From Mytilus edulis (taxonomy: Eukaryota): a DNA stretch of 64,000 bases. Positions 26,134 through 40,137 of this stretch are shown piece after piece (position 1 is the stretch's first letter; each line of letters opens with the position of its first letter). The position numbers were made by a program, and so were the translations under genes. The notes beneath the pieces are model-generated. The model worked only from the letters and a program-made list of their open reading frames with translations. It had not been told where the DNA came from and did no database searches. The stretch is taken from assembly GCF_963676685.1 (NCBI RefSeq), contig NC_092350.1:71424001-71488000 (forward strand), read 5' to 3'.

Positions 26134-28705
26134 CTAGTACGATTTGATATTCCTTATAAGCTGTTCCCAAAAGACAACGTCACCGTACTCATCATTTGGA
26201 TACTCAATATATGATTGACAATTAACCATTTCCAGTATTTGAAGTGGAAGATCGCAAGCAGAAATTTGCTCGTAAAATACCAGGAAAAGAATGTTCTCAC
26301 AATTGCGTTCATATATACTCTCCATTTTAGCCATATTATATTCGAACATACACCAGTACGAAGCTAAATAATTTGAAGACATTATGACAATTGTTTTCCG
26401 GCTGTTATGAATTGCGGATGTAATATTCGACGCCTATGCAAGCACAATTGAACCCCACCATTTTTCTCTAATTTGTGAAGAAGTGTTTTGTGGACAAATG
26501 TATGATCTTCGTTGGCATATAACACGAAAGCATCATGCATATATAGTCTGTCATCCTTGTTGACGGATTTAGGTTCGGGGTCATGCCATTTGATTTGACC
26601 ATGTAGTAAAGAAAGCGTAGTTTCCATCTATATCTGTAAACGATACCACCACAAAGTATAACAATAAACATTAAAATTCCTGTAGTTACTCCAATTATTA
26701 AACCTTCATATGACATACATTCCTTTTGTATTGTTTCGTAAACTTTGCTAGGGTTTCGAAGAAGACTGACTGCGTTTTGTGATGTCTTACATTCGTATTA
26801 TTCACGAATCTTAAATTCACGAATCTGAAGATACGTAGGTGTGTCAATTATCTATTTGACAAAAAGACAGAGAATCACAATTACATACAAGATTATTTCC
26901 ACTAAGATCGACGGTTAGATTTGTGTTCATTTTGGCTATTGAGTCCAATCCGTTGATGGCATATTTACTTAGCATAGATATTCTATTTTTTCTTAAATTC
27001 AAAAACATGAGCTTTCTCATATGAGAAATTTTAAAGTTAATATCATCAATAATATTTTCACTGAGGTCTAATCTTTCTAGATGTTCTTGCTTTTTAAATA
27101 ACAGATTTGGTATATTTGATATTTTATTTTTTGAGAGATTAATGTGAACTATGTTCTGAAGATTCTGAAATATTTCTCCATAGACATCCATTGGTAAAAT
27201 GAGTCCCAACAGATTATTTTGTAGTAGTAAATATCTTAAGTTGATAAAATCTTCGCTGAAAAATATCTTTGAAACATTAGAACAGAAATTCGACGATAAG
27301 TCTAAAACTGTCATGTTATTTACATTTGTTATAGGGCCTGTCCATGTGTGCAAGATATTGTCACTAAAATTAAGATTTGTTAATTCATTTGTGATGAATC
27401 CGAATTTTGGTATTTCAAATTTCATTTTGCTTGACGTAAATGATATTTTTCTCAGTTTTCTTGGTACTGGCAGTCGGGCAACAAAATGAACAAATTGTTT
27501 GAGATGGAAATCAAAACGTGAACGTAAATTGGACAACCAGTTATTTTCAGAATTCATTGTAAAAGTATCTGATTGAGAATCACATGTCTCTATGTAGCTT
27601 GTCAGAACATTATGTGAAAAGGAAATTTCGGAAATATCTAAAGATGTTATTGGTAGTCTAACTAAGTCAAAGAGATATTTGCCGAAGGAAAAAGCGTTGT
27701 CCCTTACATTCACACTTTCAAATGATTTCGGAAAGTACCTAGCCGCACCATATTCTACTCTTTGAATACGGTTTCCAGCGGCTTCAAATCTAGCAAGAGA
27801 TGTGTTTCTTAAATTCCGAATGTGGGAAGTCTTCAGGAATGTACTCATTTCGTACGTACTATGAATGTAGTTTACTTTAAGAATTTTGATTGCGGTATAT
27901 TGTAAATCTGTGGTTATATTTTCAAGCCCCGCGAACCTCAAACAAGTATTTAAAGAGACATCAAGCTCCGAAATATTTTTCAAACTTTCAAAAGTTCCTT
28001 TGTAGATATATTGTATTTTGCATTTAGACAGATTTATATGGGTTAATTGAGAAAGAGACAATAATGTTGCCTCTGTAAGTATGTTCATTGTGCAATTACC
28101 AGTAGAACCGGATAGATCTAAGCTTCTTAAGTGTTTCAAATGTATAAAATTGTGAGTAAGAACTGCAATTTTGTCCGATACATAATCTATTGACAGTGAT
28201 TCTAATGTCCGAAGTCTCCATAAATCTGGCAAAAATGAAGTGTGGAAATTATTTTTCATATTCAAAATCTTCAAGTTTTCCAAAAATTGAAAGGCAGAAC
28301 TTTCAAACGACATATTTTCATATTTCAAATTGTTGGCGCTGAGATCTAACGAAAGTAAATTGCTGAGTCCTTTGAATGTGTTTTTGCGTATTTTACTTAT
28401 TCTATTGAAAGACAGATCCAAAAACTTCAATAAATAATTTCCTTCGAAAATTCCATCTTGTATTGTACTGATTGCATTATTTTGCAGCGATAAATCTTGA
28501 AGATTGTTTTGTTATATAGGTATAAGAAGTAGATTCTTGTTGGAACAATCCGCTAGAAGTTCTTCTGATTCATGAATATTTTTGCAAATACAGGAACTAG
28601 CGAACTGACATTCTGTCCATTCCTTCATCTCATGAACTCTGTTGTTGTCACAACTAGCTTGAAGTATAAAAGCAGCAACCAGGAAATAAGAACGTTTGAT
28701 GGTAC
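26134..28705 (-). pseudogene. TLR: TLR-C: Toll-like receptor pseudogene, main exon
   Basis: Fragments 28512..28724, 26844..28430, 26468..26716, 26382..26627 and 26134..26382. Lesions relative to TLR-A: TTA>TAA at 28512-28514, +1 A near 26861-26865 with a neighbouring TGG>TAG, 15-nt duplication near 26811-26825, GAA>TAA near 26800, 1-nt deletion near 26593, and a 28-nt deletion at 26429/26430 removing the TIR BB-loop. Acceptor TCTTCTTCGTAG|GT at 28706/28705. Confidence 0.92.
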
Positions 28706-30441
28706 CTACGAAGAAGATATGCATAATTATGATTTTGAATTGTCTTAGATAGATGTGATGTTAATAATGAATAAAACTAATATGCGTTAACAATGGTTAC
28801 GAAGGAAAAAAAGCTAGAAAAAATAATTGATTGCAAATTTTTAGGCTAAACTAGTTTTTTTAAACATGCAAACCATATTGTTTTGATGTTGATCGAGCGA
28901 TATGACGCTTGTACGTATATCCTTTCGGATTTGGGTTATCAATACTTTACAACTTTGTGCTTTTTGTGGCCTTACAATTTATTACATTACTCTTTATTCA
29001 AGCGAGACTTTTGGGTTGTTGATTGTACAAATACAAAATTGAGTTTTTCGTAAATATAGTTAGCCTCTTGTGTAATATGCCTACTAAGCTTGAAGTGAAC
29101 ATGTATTCTCGAATATTTTTAAAGATTACTTTCCATTTCGCGTTTGTAATTCATCTTTTTTTTTTATCAAAATTACTCATCGAATATTCAAGCCTTACTC
29201 AGCGAATTTCGTTTACATCATAAATGGAACTCAAAAGAAATCAGTTGAAAGGTTAAATCAAATATGAGCTAAAGAACGTTCAATTCAAAGATTTCTAAAT
29301 ACTTTTGGATTATATAGAAAAGAAGAGGTGGTCTGATTACCAATGATACAACTCTTCAATAGATACTGAAAAACACCAAAATTATCAACATCTTAAACAT
29401 CTACAGGTTACCGTTCGGCATTCAACAATGAGCAAAAGCAATCTATGAATTATTTCATAAAGACAATAGTGGTTAAATCTATTGGAAATTAGATACTCAC
29501 AAAATTCACGAAACAATAATTGTATCCTTAAAATTTAATGTCAATACAAGTGCTTATCGTTTGGCCATGATACTGTCTGGAACGAACATTCAGCAGCATT
29601 GGAATATAATATCAGGAATGATATGAGATAGATTCAGCATGATTGTTATTGGAACAACTTTCCGGCAGTCAGCAATTGATATAAAATTAAGCAACTATAG
29701 ATCATCGTACGTTATCATGAGCAAAACCCATACTTGTTAGCGAAGCTATACAAATTTCGAGATGAAAAAAGTAAAACAATTCAAACTGAAATTATTTCGA
29801 CTTGTGTCATGTACAAAGCAATGAACAAAGCACAAATTTGATACACAGCAACAAGCAAATAACCACGGACTTGGGACAGGCGTATACAGGATGTTATAAT
29901 GTAAAAAATGTTTGCGGGTACCCATCAAATTCCTAACCTTGGACAGCATACATGAGCACACCATACACATCGGTTGAATTGGATCAAACTCCTCAAATCT
30001 GTAATTTAAAGATAAGACAAGAATTACTGATATCAGTGTAAACCTAGTTACAAAATTTAGTTGGTGTGCCTGTTCAGCATAGTGGTTATGACAGATCTTT
30101 ATCATTCTCAGTTTAATTTATTCCCACTCTTTTTCTTGTTCCGTGCCATTTAGAGCATGTCTTAAACATAGACACTTCTTTAATTGTTGCAGAGAATATT
30201 TGACTTCTAATGTCTTCCCCCACTAACGTTGCTGTCTCAGAAACATATTTCCCTTAGCCAAATTTCATCGTAGTTGTCGAGATTAAGACAGTTTTGAATG
30301 AATATTTCCGTTACAATAAAATGTGATTTAAACGTGCATTTTATTTTTTACAGAGTTATCTCCCTGTAATGTTGTCTACCACCATAATTTAGGTTACATT
30401 ATACAAGGTTTTTTTAATCAGATAGCATATATTGTACTTAC

Positions 30442-30445
30442 ACAT
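30442..30445 (-). pseudogene. TLR: TLR-C exon 1 coding part (ATG-T), intron 28706..30441
   Basis: ATGT|GTAAGTAC on the minus strand; joins in frame as ATG TGT ACC ATC AAA (MCTIKRSYFLVAAFIL...). Flanking sequence resembles the TLR-B exon-1 region (20919-21045). Confidence 0.65.
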
Positions 30446-30464
30446 TGTCAGGTTTACTGAAGAT

Positions 30465-30960
30465 ACCAACAAGAAATTAAATTCAACACACGATTCTGTG
30501 GAAAGAATAAAGCGACTGCACTCGGTAGTAAAAATCCATATAAAAATAAACTGGTTGAAAATTCCAACATTGTAAGGGTTAGAATATCTAATACACAAAG
30601 AAAGGGTTTACAAAGGGAGTAGGGATATTTATAACATGAAATAAAATGCAGCACACGATTCAATAGAAATTGTAATGAGACTACACCCGGAAGTAGATAT
30701 TAATATAAAAAGTCAATTAAAAAACCCAAAATTGTAGGAGTTAAAATGTTGCATACAAAGGAAATGTAAATAAGAGAAGTATGATTAAAAATGCTACAAA
30801 TAACAGAAATGAAATCCAACACACGATACAAAGTTTATCATTGTGTAAAATGTTTAAACCCGGGTGAGAATATGGACTAGACACCAAATCAATTAATAAT
30901 CACAAAATAGGAGGACTTACACTTCCGAATATGCAGACAATGGCGTACAAAAATGATGAA
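30465..30960. repeat. Degenerate ~166-bp triplication directly upstream of TLR-C exon 1
   Basis: cacacgat at 30487, 30652 and 30820, each followed by a c(t/c)cgg motif (30521, 30686, 30859). Confidence 0.65.
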
Positions 30961-33897
30961 TCAATAAGTTGTTAATCATTAAAAAAAAGGACTAAATGTA
31001 CACTTGAACTATATAATGACTAGTTAATAGTTTGTTGACCTAGATATATTTTATCGTTAGGATACCTTTTCAATTAGACCAATATATGCTTTAAGTCATA
31101 TAGACAGAAGTCACTATGCTTGCTCCAATCGTAGTTGTAGAGATAAAATTGCTGACGTTTTAATACTTGTAAACAAATTTTACAATGACAATATTAAAAA
31201 ATGATTCAACAGAAACTTTCTCACCATGGCAACACTGTATTTTCCTGTTTCAAAACATAGAAAAATAAGAAAGTATCAAATAGAATAACTCTGGTTAGCC
31301 AAACTGTTATATGTTATAATGTATTATACTTTCACGACGTATGGTCTATATAAGGGAAAATAATCTTAAACCTAGACAGACCATTGTTATCACATATAAC
31401 TTGTTTAGCTTAGGATCTTTTTATATGATTATGACTTGTAAATAGACGCTAAGATGAGTCTTATTGCGCCTGATACAGTTCGTTATCTATTTAACTCATA
31501 AGTATATTTCCTTAGCCATAGTAGATCTATGTTATTCGTTGTTTGTCGTTGATTTTGTTTGTCGTATATTATTTTTCTCAATTTTATAATCGATCATGCG
31601 ATTTAATCTGTGTTCGCTTGAATTGACACGAAACACAAAAATTGTAATTGTTATTTTAGAATATCATAAGCTTTGAAAAAAGATCAGCATTGCTGGATTT
31701 CCTTTCAAAGTATCACTTAATCAGCCAAGAATTATCACATACAATGATCAATCGCTATAACATCTTAATATTATATAACGCTCTTTTGATTAGATACTAT
31801 TTTTCTTACAATAGACTAATTTGAATTTGATTAAGGGATCAAGGATTTTTTTTCATAATTGCGTAATGATTCGTGTTCAATGTTACAATATTCCCATATT
31901 TAAATGTATACGCCCAAAATTTTGTTATATCGATAATCCCTTCATTAACTTCCTCATCTCTAATAGCATGAATACAGGATAATGTGTTCATTTATATTCA
32001 GTTTAAAGATAAATATTTTCTTCTAAAGAAATATAAAATGAAACGTGATCAGTCATTTATACATGATCTGTATAAAATAACATTAAATCCGTAAGAAAAT
32101 CACCTGTCTTGTATAATTTTTAAGTTTTGGCGCTCTTTTCAATACAAATTATACATTTCGTGACTTTAATTAATTACCTATTCAAGGATGAAGTTGACAG
32201 CAATAATTAAATTTTTGTTAATAGTTTTGGTGTCATGGTGTTATAGAACATATATCTGTATAATAGATTTTTACAATTCTCATCATTGATTCTGATGATA
32301 TATGAATTTATTAGAAGCAGAAACTCTGGAATAAAAACATACATGAGGGTATAAATGGGCGGAGGGGATGGGTCTATTTAAATTAGCATGATTACACTTA
32401 CAACGTTGCATTTTGTCAAACCGTTTTCTATGATTTCTGCATATAATTTGATACAAGCAAATATGGCTAAGTCTAGTTTTTGCATTAAAGCCATCAACAT
32501 AACTATATTCAAAACACAAAATATCAGATGCACATCTTCAGGTTCTATAAAAGTAATTTTGCAAGATATATTCAATCTGAGACAGCCGTCTAGAAACAGA
32601 AAAAAAATAGAACGACCAAATTCACTCACGCTCAGAACATTTTAAGCTAAATGTTTTAATAAATGATACTTTAATAGAACGGTACAAACACAAAATTTTC
32701 AAAATTAATTACGTAAAAGTTAAAATAGATAAAATAGATAAACAAGTACTATTTCTGTATCATAAGTGTTTCATGAAGGGTTTAATTTTCCATTAAACAT
32801 ATGAATTGCGGACATCCGGTTTATTTATAAATCTCTAAAATTGACATTTTAACCTCACATTTCTCGTGTGATAAAAGTCGACAAATATAAATTGTTTTAC
32901 AGAAAAATCCAGAAGGCATGTAAAAGTATGACATTTTTGTTATTGGAAGATATTATTGCATCTCTAATTTTCAAAATTCAAAACAATATAAGGGAAATTT
33001 TTCAAGAATTTACAAATAAAGACCCTCATCTACACCCACTTTTTTTCTGCTTAATTCAGATATGTTTAGTTTAACCTTGTGTCATAAAGCTTGACCGAAC
33101 AGTTGCATGTCCTTTGCTCACCGGGTTGTCCATGATAGGTTGGTCAAAATAGAAAAGTGGCTGAATAATTTCATGTAAAAAATCTATCAGAATCATTTTA
33201 TTTTTTAATTTGCATGTGAGAAAACTCTATCATTTTGATAGATTAAATTGCAAATTACTGTGTTTTTTACCAGCCGATAAACAGTTTAGAATATTTGCAT
33301 ACAAGTTTTAATCGAAAAGATCCTCATTTCTCAGGGATATACACAGAAAGGTTAGCATAGTTAAAATAAGGCCTTTTTATTATTGAAATTTGGGGCCGTT
33401 AACATGCTATAAGAGACAAGTGTGTGTGCTGCTAATAAAGTCACAACAGTTTAATTTCCTACACTTCTTACCGGAATAACTATCCTCTTAGATTATTAGA
33501 AGAAACTAAATGCACTGAACAAATTGCGAATTCAATTTGTCAGAGACTGATTTTTTTCCCCATTCTGTTTTATAATTAAAAATTTATAAAATTAATAACT
33601 TTAAACGAGCATCATTTTAAAATGCAAATCTACTTGTGAAGCTTTAACAGACACAGTCTACAGAAAACAGAGGGAAGAACAAAAGACAAACATTTAAAAC
33701 AGCAAGTTATTCAAATACAATTTCACATGTACATTCTGAAGTTGCATAACAGATGGTTTGAAACAATACTAACTGGCGTCCTTTAAATGCAGTTGGCCTA
33801 TACCCGAAGTAACAATATACGTATACATGCATTGGTAAACACAAATGTATTCTTCTCACGTTAACAAGTTTGTTGCGTCAAATCCAAAACGGAGACA

Positions 33898-36455
33898 TTA
33901 GCAGGATTGAATAGTCCTTTTAAGCTGTTCCCAAAAGACAACATCTCCGTACTCATCATTTGGGTACTCAATGTAAGATTGACAGTGAACCAGTTCGAGT
34001 ATTTGAAGTGGCAGATCGCAAGTAGAAATTTGCTTGTAAAGTACTAGAAAAAGGATGTTTTCACAATCGCGCTCATATATACCCTCCATCCTAGCCATAT
34101 TATATTCAAACATACACCAGTATGAAGCTAAATAATATGGAGACATTATGACCATTGTTTTACGGCTATTGTGAATTGCGGATGTGATATTTGTGGCGAT
34201 ATCATTCCCAGGTAAGAAGTTCCGCTTGTGCAAACATAACTGAATTCCACCATCTTTCTCTAATTTATGAAGAAGTGTATTATGGACAAATGTTTGATCT
34301 TCGTCAGCATATGAAACGAAAACATCATACATATACATTCTCTGATCTTTATTGTCCGATTCATTATCAGTTTGATGCCATTTGACCTTGACTATGTAGT
34401 ATAAATAACGTAGTTTCCATCTAAATCTGTAGCTGATTCCACCAAAAAGAATAGAAATGAAAATCAATATTCCTGTCGTAATTCCAATTATTATCCCTTC
34501 ATATGACATACATTCCTTTTGAAGCGTTTTAAATATTTCTGTAGGGTTGTGAAGAATGATTGTATCATTTGACATTTTACATTCATATGTGTTTCGTCGA
34601 TAAAGATGTGTAGGTGTGGTTACCATCCATTTGACGAAAGATAATGAATCGCAGTTACATACAAGATTATTGCCACCAAGATCAACGGTGAAATTTGCAT
34701 TACTTTTGGCGACTAAGTCAAACTCTTTCATGGCAAATTGACCCAGTTTAAATATCTTATTATTCTTAACATTAACAAACATAAGCTTTTTCATATGCGA
34801 AACTTGAAAGTTGATATCTTCGATCAGGTTTTCACTCAGGTCTAATCTTTTTAAATTCTGTTGATTTCTAAAAAACATTTTTGGTATATTTGCTATTCTG
34901 TTTTTCGAAAGATTAATGTAATCAACGCTATGAAGATTTCTCAAAATTTCACCGTTGGTGTCTTTTGGTAAAACGAGTACTAAGAGGTTGTCTCGAAGAA
35001 TTATCTTTTTCAAATTTTTGAAATCTTCACTGAAAAATCTCTTTGAAACATTAGAACAAAAGTTCGAAGAAAGATCTAAAGAGATAAGATTTTCAACATT
35101 CTTAACCGGTCCTGTCCATGTATGCAAGACATTGTCACTGAAACTAGCTTTTTTAATGTTATTTTTCTTAAAACCGAAACTTGGTATTTCATAATTCAGT
35201 GCACTTGATCTCAATATAAATGTATTGAGTTTTTCTGGAACCAGAAATTTGAAATTGTTTTGATAGGGGTTCCATTGCCTGTAGGCGGACATGATTGAAA
35301 ATAACCAATTGTCATCGTAAATCAGTGTTTCAGTGTCTTTTCGAGGTATGCATTCCTCTAAGTAGCCAGTGAGCACATTGTGGGCAGAAAAAGAATCAGA
35401 AACATCAAGAAATGTTATATTTAGACCAAATACATCAAGCATATATTTGCCAATAGAAAAAACGTTGTCTCTAAAAGAAGCACTTCTGGCGGACTTTGGA
35501 AAATATTTTAATGCGCCATATTCTATTCTCTGAATACGATTTCCATCGGCTTCGAATCTCTTTAGAGATGTATTTCTCAAATTGGATATATGAGAAGTTT
35601 TTAGTATTGTACTCATTTCGAACAAACCATGAATATAGTTTACTTTTAGGATTTTAATTTCTGAATGTTGTAAATCCGCAGTGATATTTTCAAGCACTTT
35701 GAATCTCAAACATGTGTTAAAGGAAATGTCGAGCTCGGATAGATTTCTCATATTCTTAAAAGTTCCGTTGTATATAAATTGTATATGGCACTTAGATAAA
35801 GTTAAATTTGTTATTTGAGGTAAAAATGAAAAAGTCTCCGGTGTAAGTATATTCATCTTGCAATTACCAGTATGACCAGAAAGATCCAAAATTGTTAAGT
35901 GTTTTAAATATGCAAAATGTTTACCAAGATCTGCAAATGTGTCAGAAACAAAATTCATGGACAGCGATTCCAAAAATAAAAGTTCAGATAAATCTGGCAT
36001 AAATGAAGTGTTGAAATTCTTTTTCAAATACAAATTCTTTAAGTTTTTCAGATAATAAAAAGTTGAAGAGCCAAACCTGTCTTCGTGTTTCAAATCGTTG
36101 TGGCTGAGATTTAGGGAAACTAAATTGTTTAATCCTTTGAACGAGTTTTTTCTTAGTTGTTTGATTCTATTAAAAGACAAATCCAAGGACTCCAATAAAA
36201 TACTTTTTTCGAAAATCCCATCTTCTATCATAATTATATTGTTATTTCGGAGAGATAAATCCTGAAGATTATTCGTCAGCCTAGATATATTGGTCAGACC
36301 TTTATCAGAACAATCTGCTTTAAAAAGTCCTGAACTGGGAACTCTACTGCATTTACAATAATTCGAAAACTGGCATGCTTCCTGCTGGAGGAATTTAGAA
36401 TTTTCGCAACAAACTTGTCTCATAAAGGCAACAACAAGGCTGTAATAAATGATCC
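33898..36455 (-). CDS. TLR: TLR-D: intact Toll-like receptor, main exon (853 aa with exon 1)
   Basis: 841-aa ORF with LRRNT, LRRs, LRRCT, TM and TIR. It lacks a signal peptide unless extended to the acceptor TTTTCTCTGCAG|GG at 36456/36455, which gives MWIIYYSLVVAFMRQVCC. Confidence 0.95.
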
Positions 36456-36549
36456 CTGCAGAGAAAATATTCGAATGTTTATCTTTACAAACAAAAATAA
36501 TTAAGCTACATGATTAAAGTCCGTGTTTGACTGTAACAAATTGAAGAGT

Positions 36550-36925
36550 TCGTTCTTATATTGTACTGTTATACCGCTGTCCCAGGTTAGGGGAGGGTTG
36601 GGATCCCGCTAACATGTTCAACCCCGCCACATTATTTATGTATGTGCCTGTCCCAATTCAGGAGCCTGAAATTCAGTGGTGGTCGGTTGTTCATGTGTTA
36701 CATTTTTGTTTTTCGTTAATTTTTTTTTTTACATAAATAAGGCCGTTAGTTTTCTCGTGCGAATTGTTTTACATTGTCTTATCTGGACATTTTATAGCTG
36801 ACTATGCGGTATTTGTTCATTGTTGAAGGCCGTACGGTGACCTATAGTTGTTAATTTCTGTGTCATTTTGGTCTTTTGTGGATAGTTGTCTCATCGGCAA
36901 TCATACCACATCTTCTTTTTTATAT
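36550..36925 (+). mobile_element. Young copy of the abundant dispersed repeat in the TLR-D intron
   Basis: High identity to 63390-63772; fixed end ...cataccacatcttctttttt, variable opposite end. Confidence 0.85.
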
Positions 36926-37639
36926 GAAAAATATTTTCTTATTTTAATCTTTGAAATTTCCATTGAGACATGTCAAGGAAATATCTCAAAAGACCTTAAA
37001 TTTTGCGATGTCTATACGATAAAAAAAATCTAAGTCAGTCCCTTATTATTCCCAAGTACATAAAGTAAATACTTCATACAAATTTGATTTTGCCAAGATG
37101 TGGATTGTTTGCCTTCTTGTATTTTATTTTTACCACAAAAATCAGTTGTGAAGAATAAAGACGACGAAAACATAAATAATATTCGTAGAGAAGGCAAACC
37201 ATTTTATTTGCATCTTATTTTTTTTTTATATTTTATTTCATTTTTTTCAAAATCATTTAAACTTAACATGGCAACTTTTCCCAATCTTTTTGAAAATTCC
37301 AGCACCCTCAATGTCATTCAAATATAAGACAGATTTGATATCCCATTAACGAGATTGCTATTTTTATCAGAAAGAGGTCAATTTTTTTTTCATTTTAATT
37401 AGATTACTTATCAAATATCAGAAATAATAACAGAAAGAAAAGTATAAAAATTAATTGCAATGGCGTCCACTACAAATATTATAAAAAAAAAGTTACGCAT
37501 TATCTTTTAACATATATCTATGATTATCTATTATGATAATAGTGTCTTAGTGTCAGAAAGATACACAAAAAGCACATTTGAGGTTTATTTTAATACCTGG
37601 GGATGTTGTTAAAAAAAACAAAATGAAAATCATACTTAC

Positions 37640-37643
37640 ACAT
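37640..37643 (-). CDS. TLR: TLR-D exon 1 coding part (ATG-T), intron 36456..37639
   Basis: ATGT|GTAAGTATG on the minus strand; the phase-1 join restores a hydrophobic signal peptide. Confidence 0.8.
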
Positions 37644-38561
37644 CCTAAAGGCAATGTTGCAAACTGATAGGAATTAACATTAAGTTGTATTTTTATATTG
37701 TGAATGAGACAGCAAGTAATAACTCACCAAATCGCCGGAACATTGATCTAAAAATAATACGTGTGAAATATTCATGCCATGGAAGTGTGAGAACAGAACT
37801 GCAAGATTTAATTTATTTTAATTTATTTTAATTTATTTTATGGCTACAATACTTTTTGCGATTTTTTAAAAGCTGTGAAAACATTTGGATTACTGCATTT
37901 GATTGTGCCGATTTGGGTGGTATATAAAAGACAAATGAAAAAATACGATTTTGAAGTGTTTGGTCAGAAAAAAAAGTTCTGCTTATTTTGTCATCCCTTC
38001 GCTTTATTAATACAGCATACTTTATCGTATTCATTTTTTTGTCTCCTTCTCCTATTGGTTAATATCGATAAAAAACGGTAGTTTTCGCAACAAAAGCACA
38101 TCACTTCCAAACAAAGAAAATTGTTAACGGAAACCGCATTTAAACTTGAAAAGCTATTATGAACCAAATGTTTACTTTATAATGTCTTAAAATAAATAGT
38201 TAAAATCAGGGGGAAAAAATTAAAAAATTATCCGTGTATCTTTATGAGTACTTTCCAACTCACTCAGGAAAGGTTGACCTAAAATTAATTTGGCTAGTTT
38301 CTTTCGGTCCCTATATGTGTTGCTCTCAAAGTCTCCACGTTTTAAGGACATCCATGGCTTTAAAAACTTAAATGTTTCAGGATTCCCAGTGAAGGTGAAT
38401 CAAGAAATGGGTTTGGAAAGAAAGATATTTATAACATACGTTAAGTTTGATTTCGCCCCTAAATGTACATTCTATTCATTTACAATCAATTTCCTAACGT
38501 TTCAATTGATTGAATCACAATGTTTGAATATCATGATGCAGTTCGACGCGTTTTAGTTGAA

Positions 38562-39133
38562 GGTTCATGTGGACCCTTTGGCTAAAATGGCCGTATTTCC
38601 ACCTCACAATTTACTCTGAGTACAGACAAACTGTAAAAGTTTTAAGGCATAGCGTGCCCTTAATAGATAAATTTCAAAAATGTTTTATGTTTTAGACAAA
38701 TAAAAACTTACCAGGATTTTGCAGTTCACTTTTTTTCATTCCTCCAGAAGGTGCCAAATTAAACTAAGTTGTGAAACAGGTTTGAGAACTTCCTCACGGG
38801 TAATAATTGAAGTGAGCTGTAATGATTGACATGAACAATAGATGGACAATAGATACCTGACAATAATTGGTGATTTAAACTGTGTACCTGAGTGGACCAT
38901 ATCAAGGAAAACTCAACTGTTTGTTAATTTTATCATCTTCTGCAGGGACGAAAAAAAGTGCACAGCAAAATCCAGTTAAGTTATGAATTTTCTAAATCAT
39001 ACAATGCATTTGACTTCTATTTATCTAGGGCATGCTATGCCTTAAAACTTTTCAGATGCACAGATTTGTCTATACTCAGAGTAAATGTTGAAGTGAAAAT
39101 ACGGCCATTTTAACCAAAGGGTCCACATGAACC
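38562..39133. mobile_element. ~570-bp MITE with ~115-bp TIRs, Kolobok-like
   Basis: ggttcatgtggaccctttgg(c)taaaatggccgtattt... mirrored by ...aaatacggccattttaaccaaagggtccacatgaacc; flanks TGAA and TTAA, GG...CC termini. Confidence 0.8.
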
Positions 39134-39169
39134 TTAAACATATTTATGTATAGCGGATTTAGAAACAAG

Positions 39170-39471
39170 TTATTGCAAATTATATTTATCCCTTTCCACT
39201 TTGTAAGTGCGAATGCTGCCTTGTAGCGGCATCAGCCTGCTCTTTTTCGAAATCGACAAGGGTATCTTAACGTGCAAGAAATGTGGCTCTTTCTGAACAC
39301 GGGTCCGCCATTTATTGTCCCCTTCCGACAGACTATCATCGTTTCTCGAGACCAAACTCGCAAATGGTGTCATGGAGAACCCAAATTTAGTCCCTAAAAT
39401 TTTCTACCCGGATCGGGTGATCGAACCTTTGTGTTAGTAGTCCGATGCGCTAACCACTACACCACGGCTCT
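39170..39471 (-). mobile_element. tRNA-derived SINE (Nin/Deu-like core)
   Basis: Minus strand starts AGAGCCGTGGTGTAGTGGTTAGCGCATCGGAC (A box) ... GGTTCGATC (B box), then ACCCGTGTT...GCACGTTAAGATACCC core. Confidence 0.75.
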
Positions 39472-40137
39472 ACATGGTTCGACGCATTCCAAATATTTAT
39501 ACCAATTAATGTGAAATTTAAAGAACTTCCATTTTTTGAAGTTGTTAATAAATATATAACAGAATATGAAAACATTTTACAACAAAAAATTACATTACAC
39601 AACTACCCCAAAAATATAATCAGGTATTGCATCAATTGAACAATAATTCTCTATAATAGTTCAATATGTGATTTACACATGGAAACTTACTTAAAATAGA
39701 TCTAAAATAAATAGCAATGGTTTTCCTTCCTACATTTTGATACATCAGTTTTACAAGGGAAACGCTTTACCGAACTGTAACGCAAAAATGACAACTGAAC
39801 ACTCGCAGTTTTGACGTTAATGTTCATTTGGTGTGCAAACTATATAAATATTTCTAACTCGTACTAAAGTTGCGTGTCTTTGGGTTTCAATGAATGTGTA
39901 ATATGTATCGCTTGTTATGAAAACATAATACTGTCTGTACTATTTATTTATATATTGGCATTGACTGTAAAAGGGCACGCTTCGCATATTGTTTACGACG
40001 TCTTACATATGTATCAATTGGAACTATAGTTTATGAAAACATGACAAATTTTAGTTTTCCTTTAATTAATCGTTCATTAATAACTGTCGTTGGTTGCTGT
40101 ATGTGACATTGCGTTGTAAATATAATGGAATTTGATA

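Larger units (their letters stand above)
22352..30220 (+). repeat. Segmental duplication copy 2 (TLR-C unit)
   Basis: Matches 1203-8285; retains about 1.2 kb (23660-24880) that is missing from copy 1. Confidence 0.92.

Noticed and set aside
4188-28724. A and C lesions as pure assembly errors
   Set aside because: Two lesions are homopolymer indels and could be errors, but nonsense substitutions, a 15-nt duplication and a 28-nt deletion are not typical consensus errors.
39400-39471. tRNA gene (also 62480-62556)
   Set aside because: A and B box heads run on into SINE bodies with no complete cloverleaf; one copy has a TSD.
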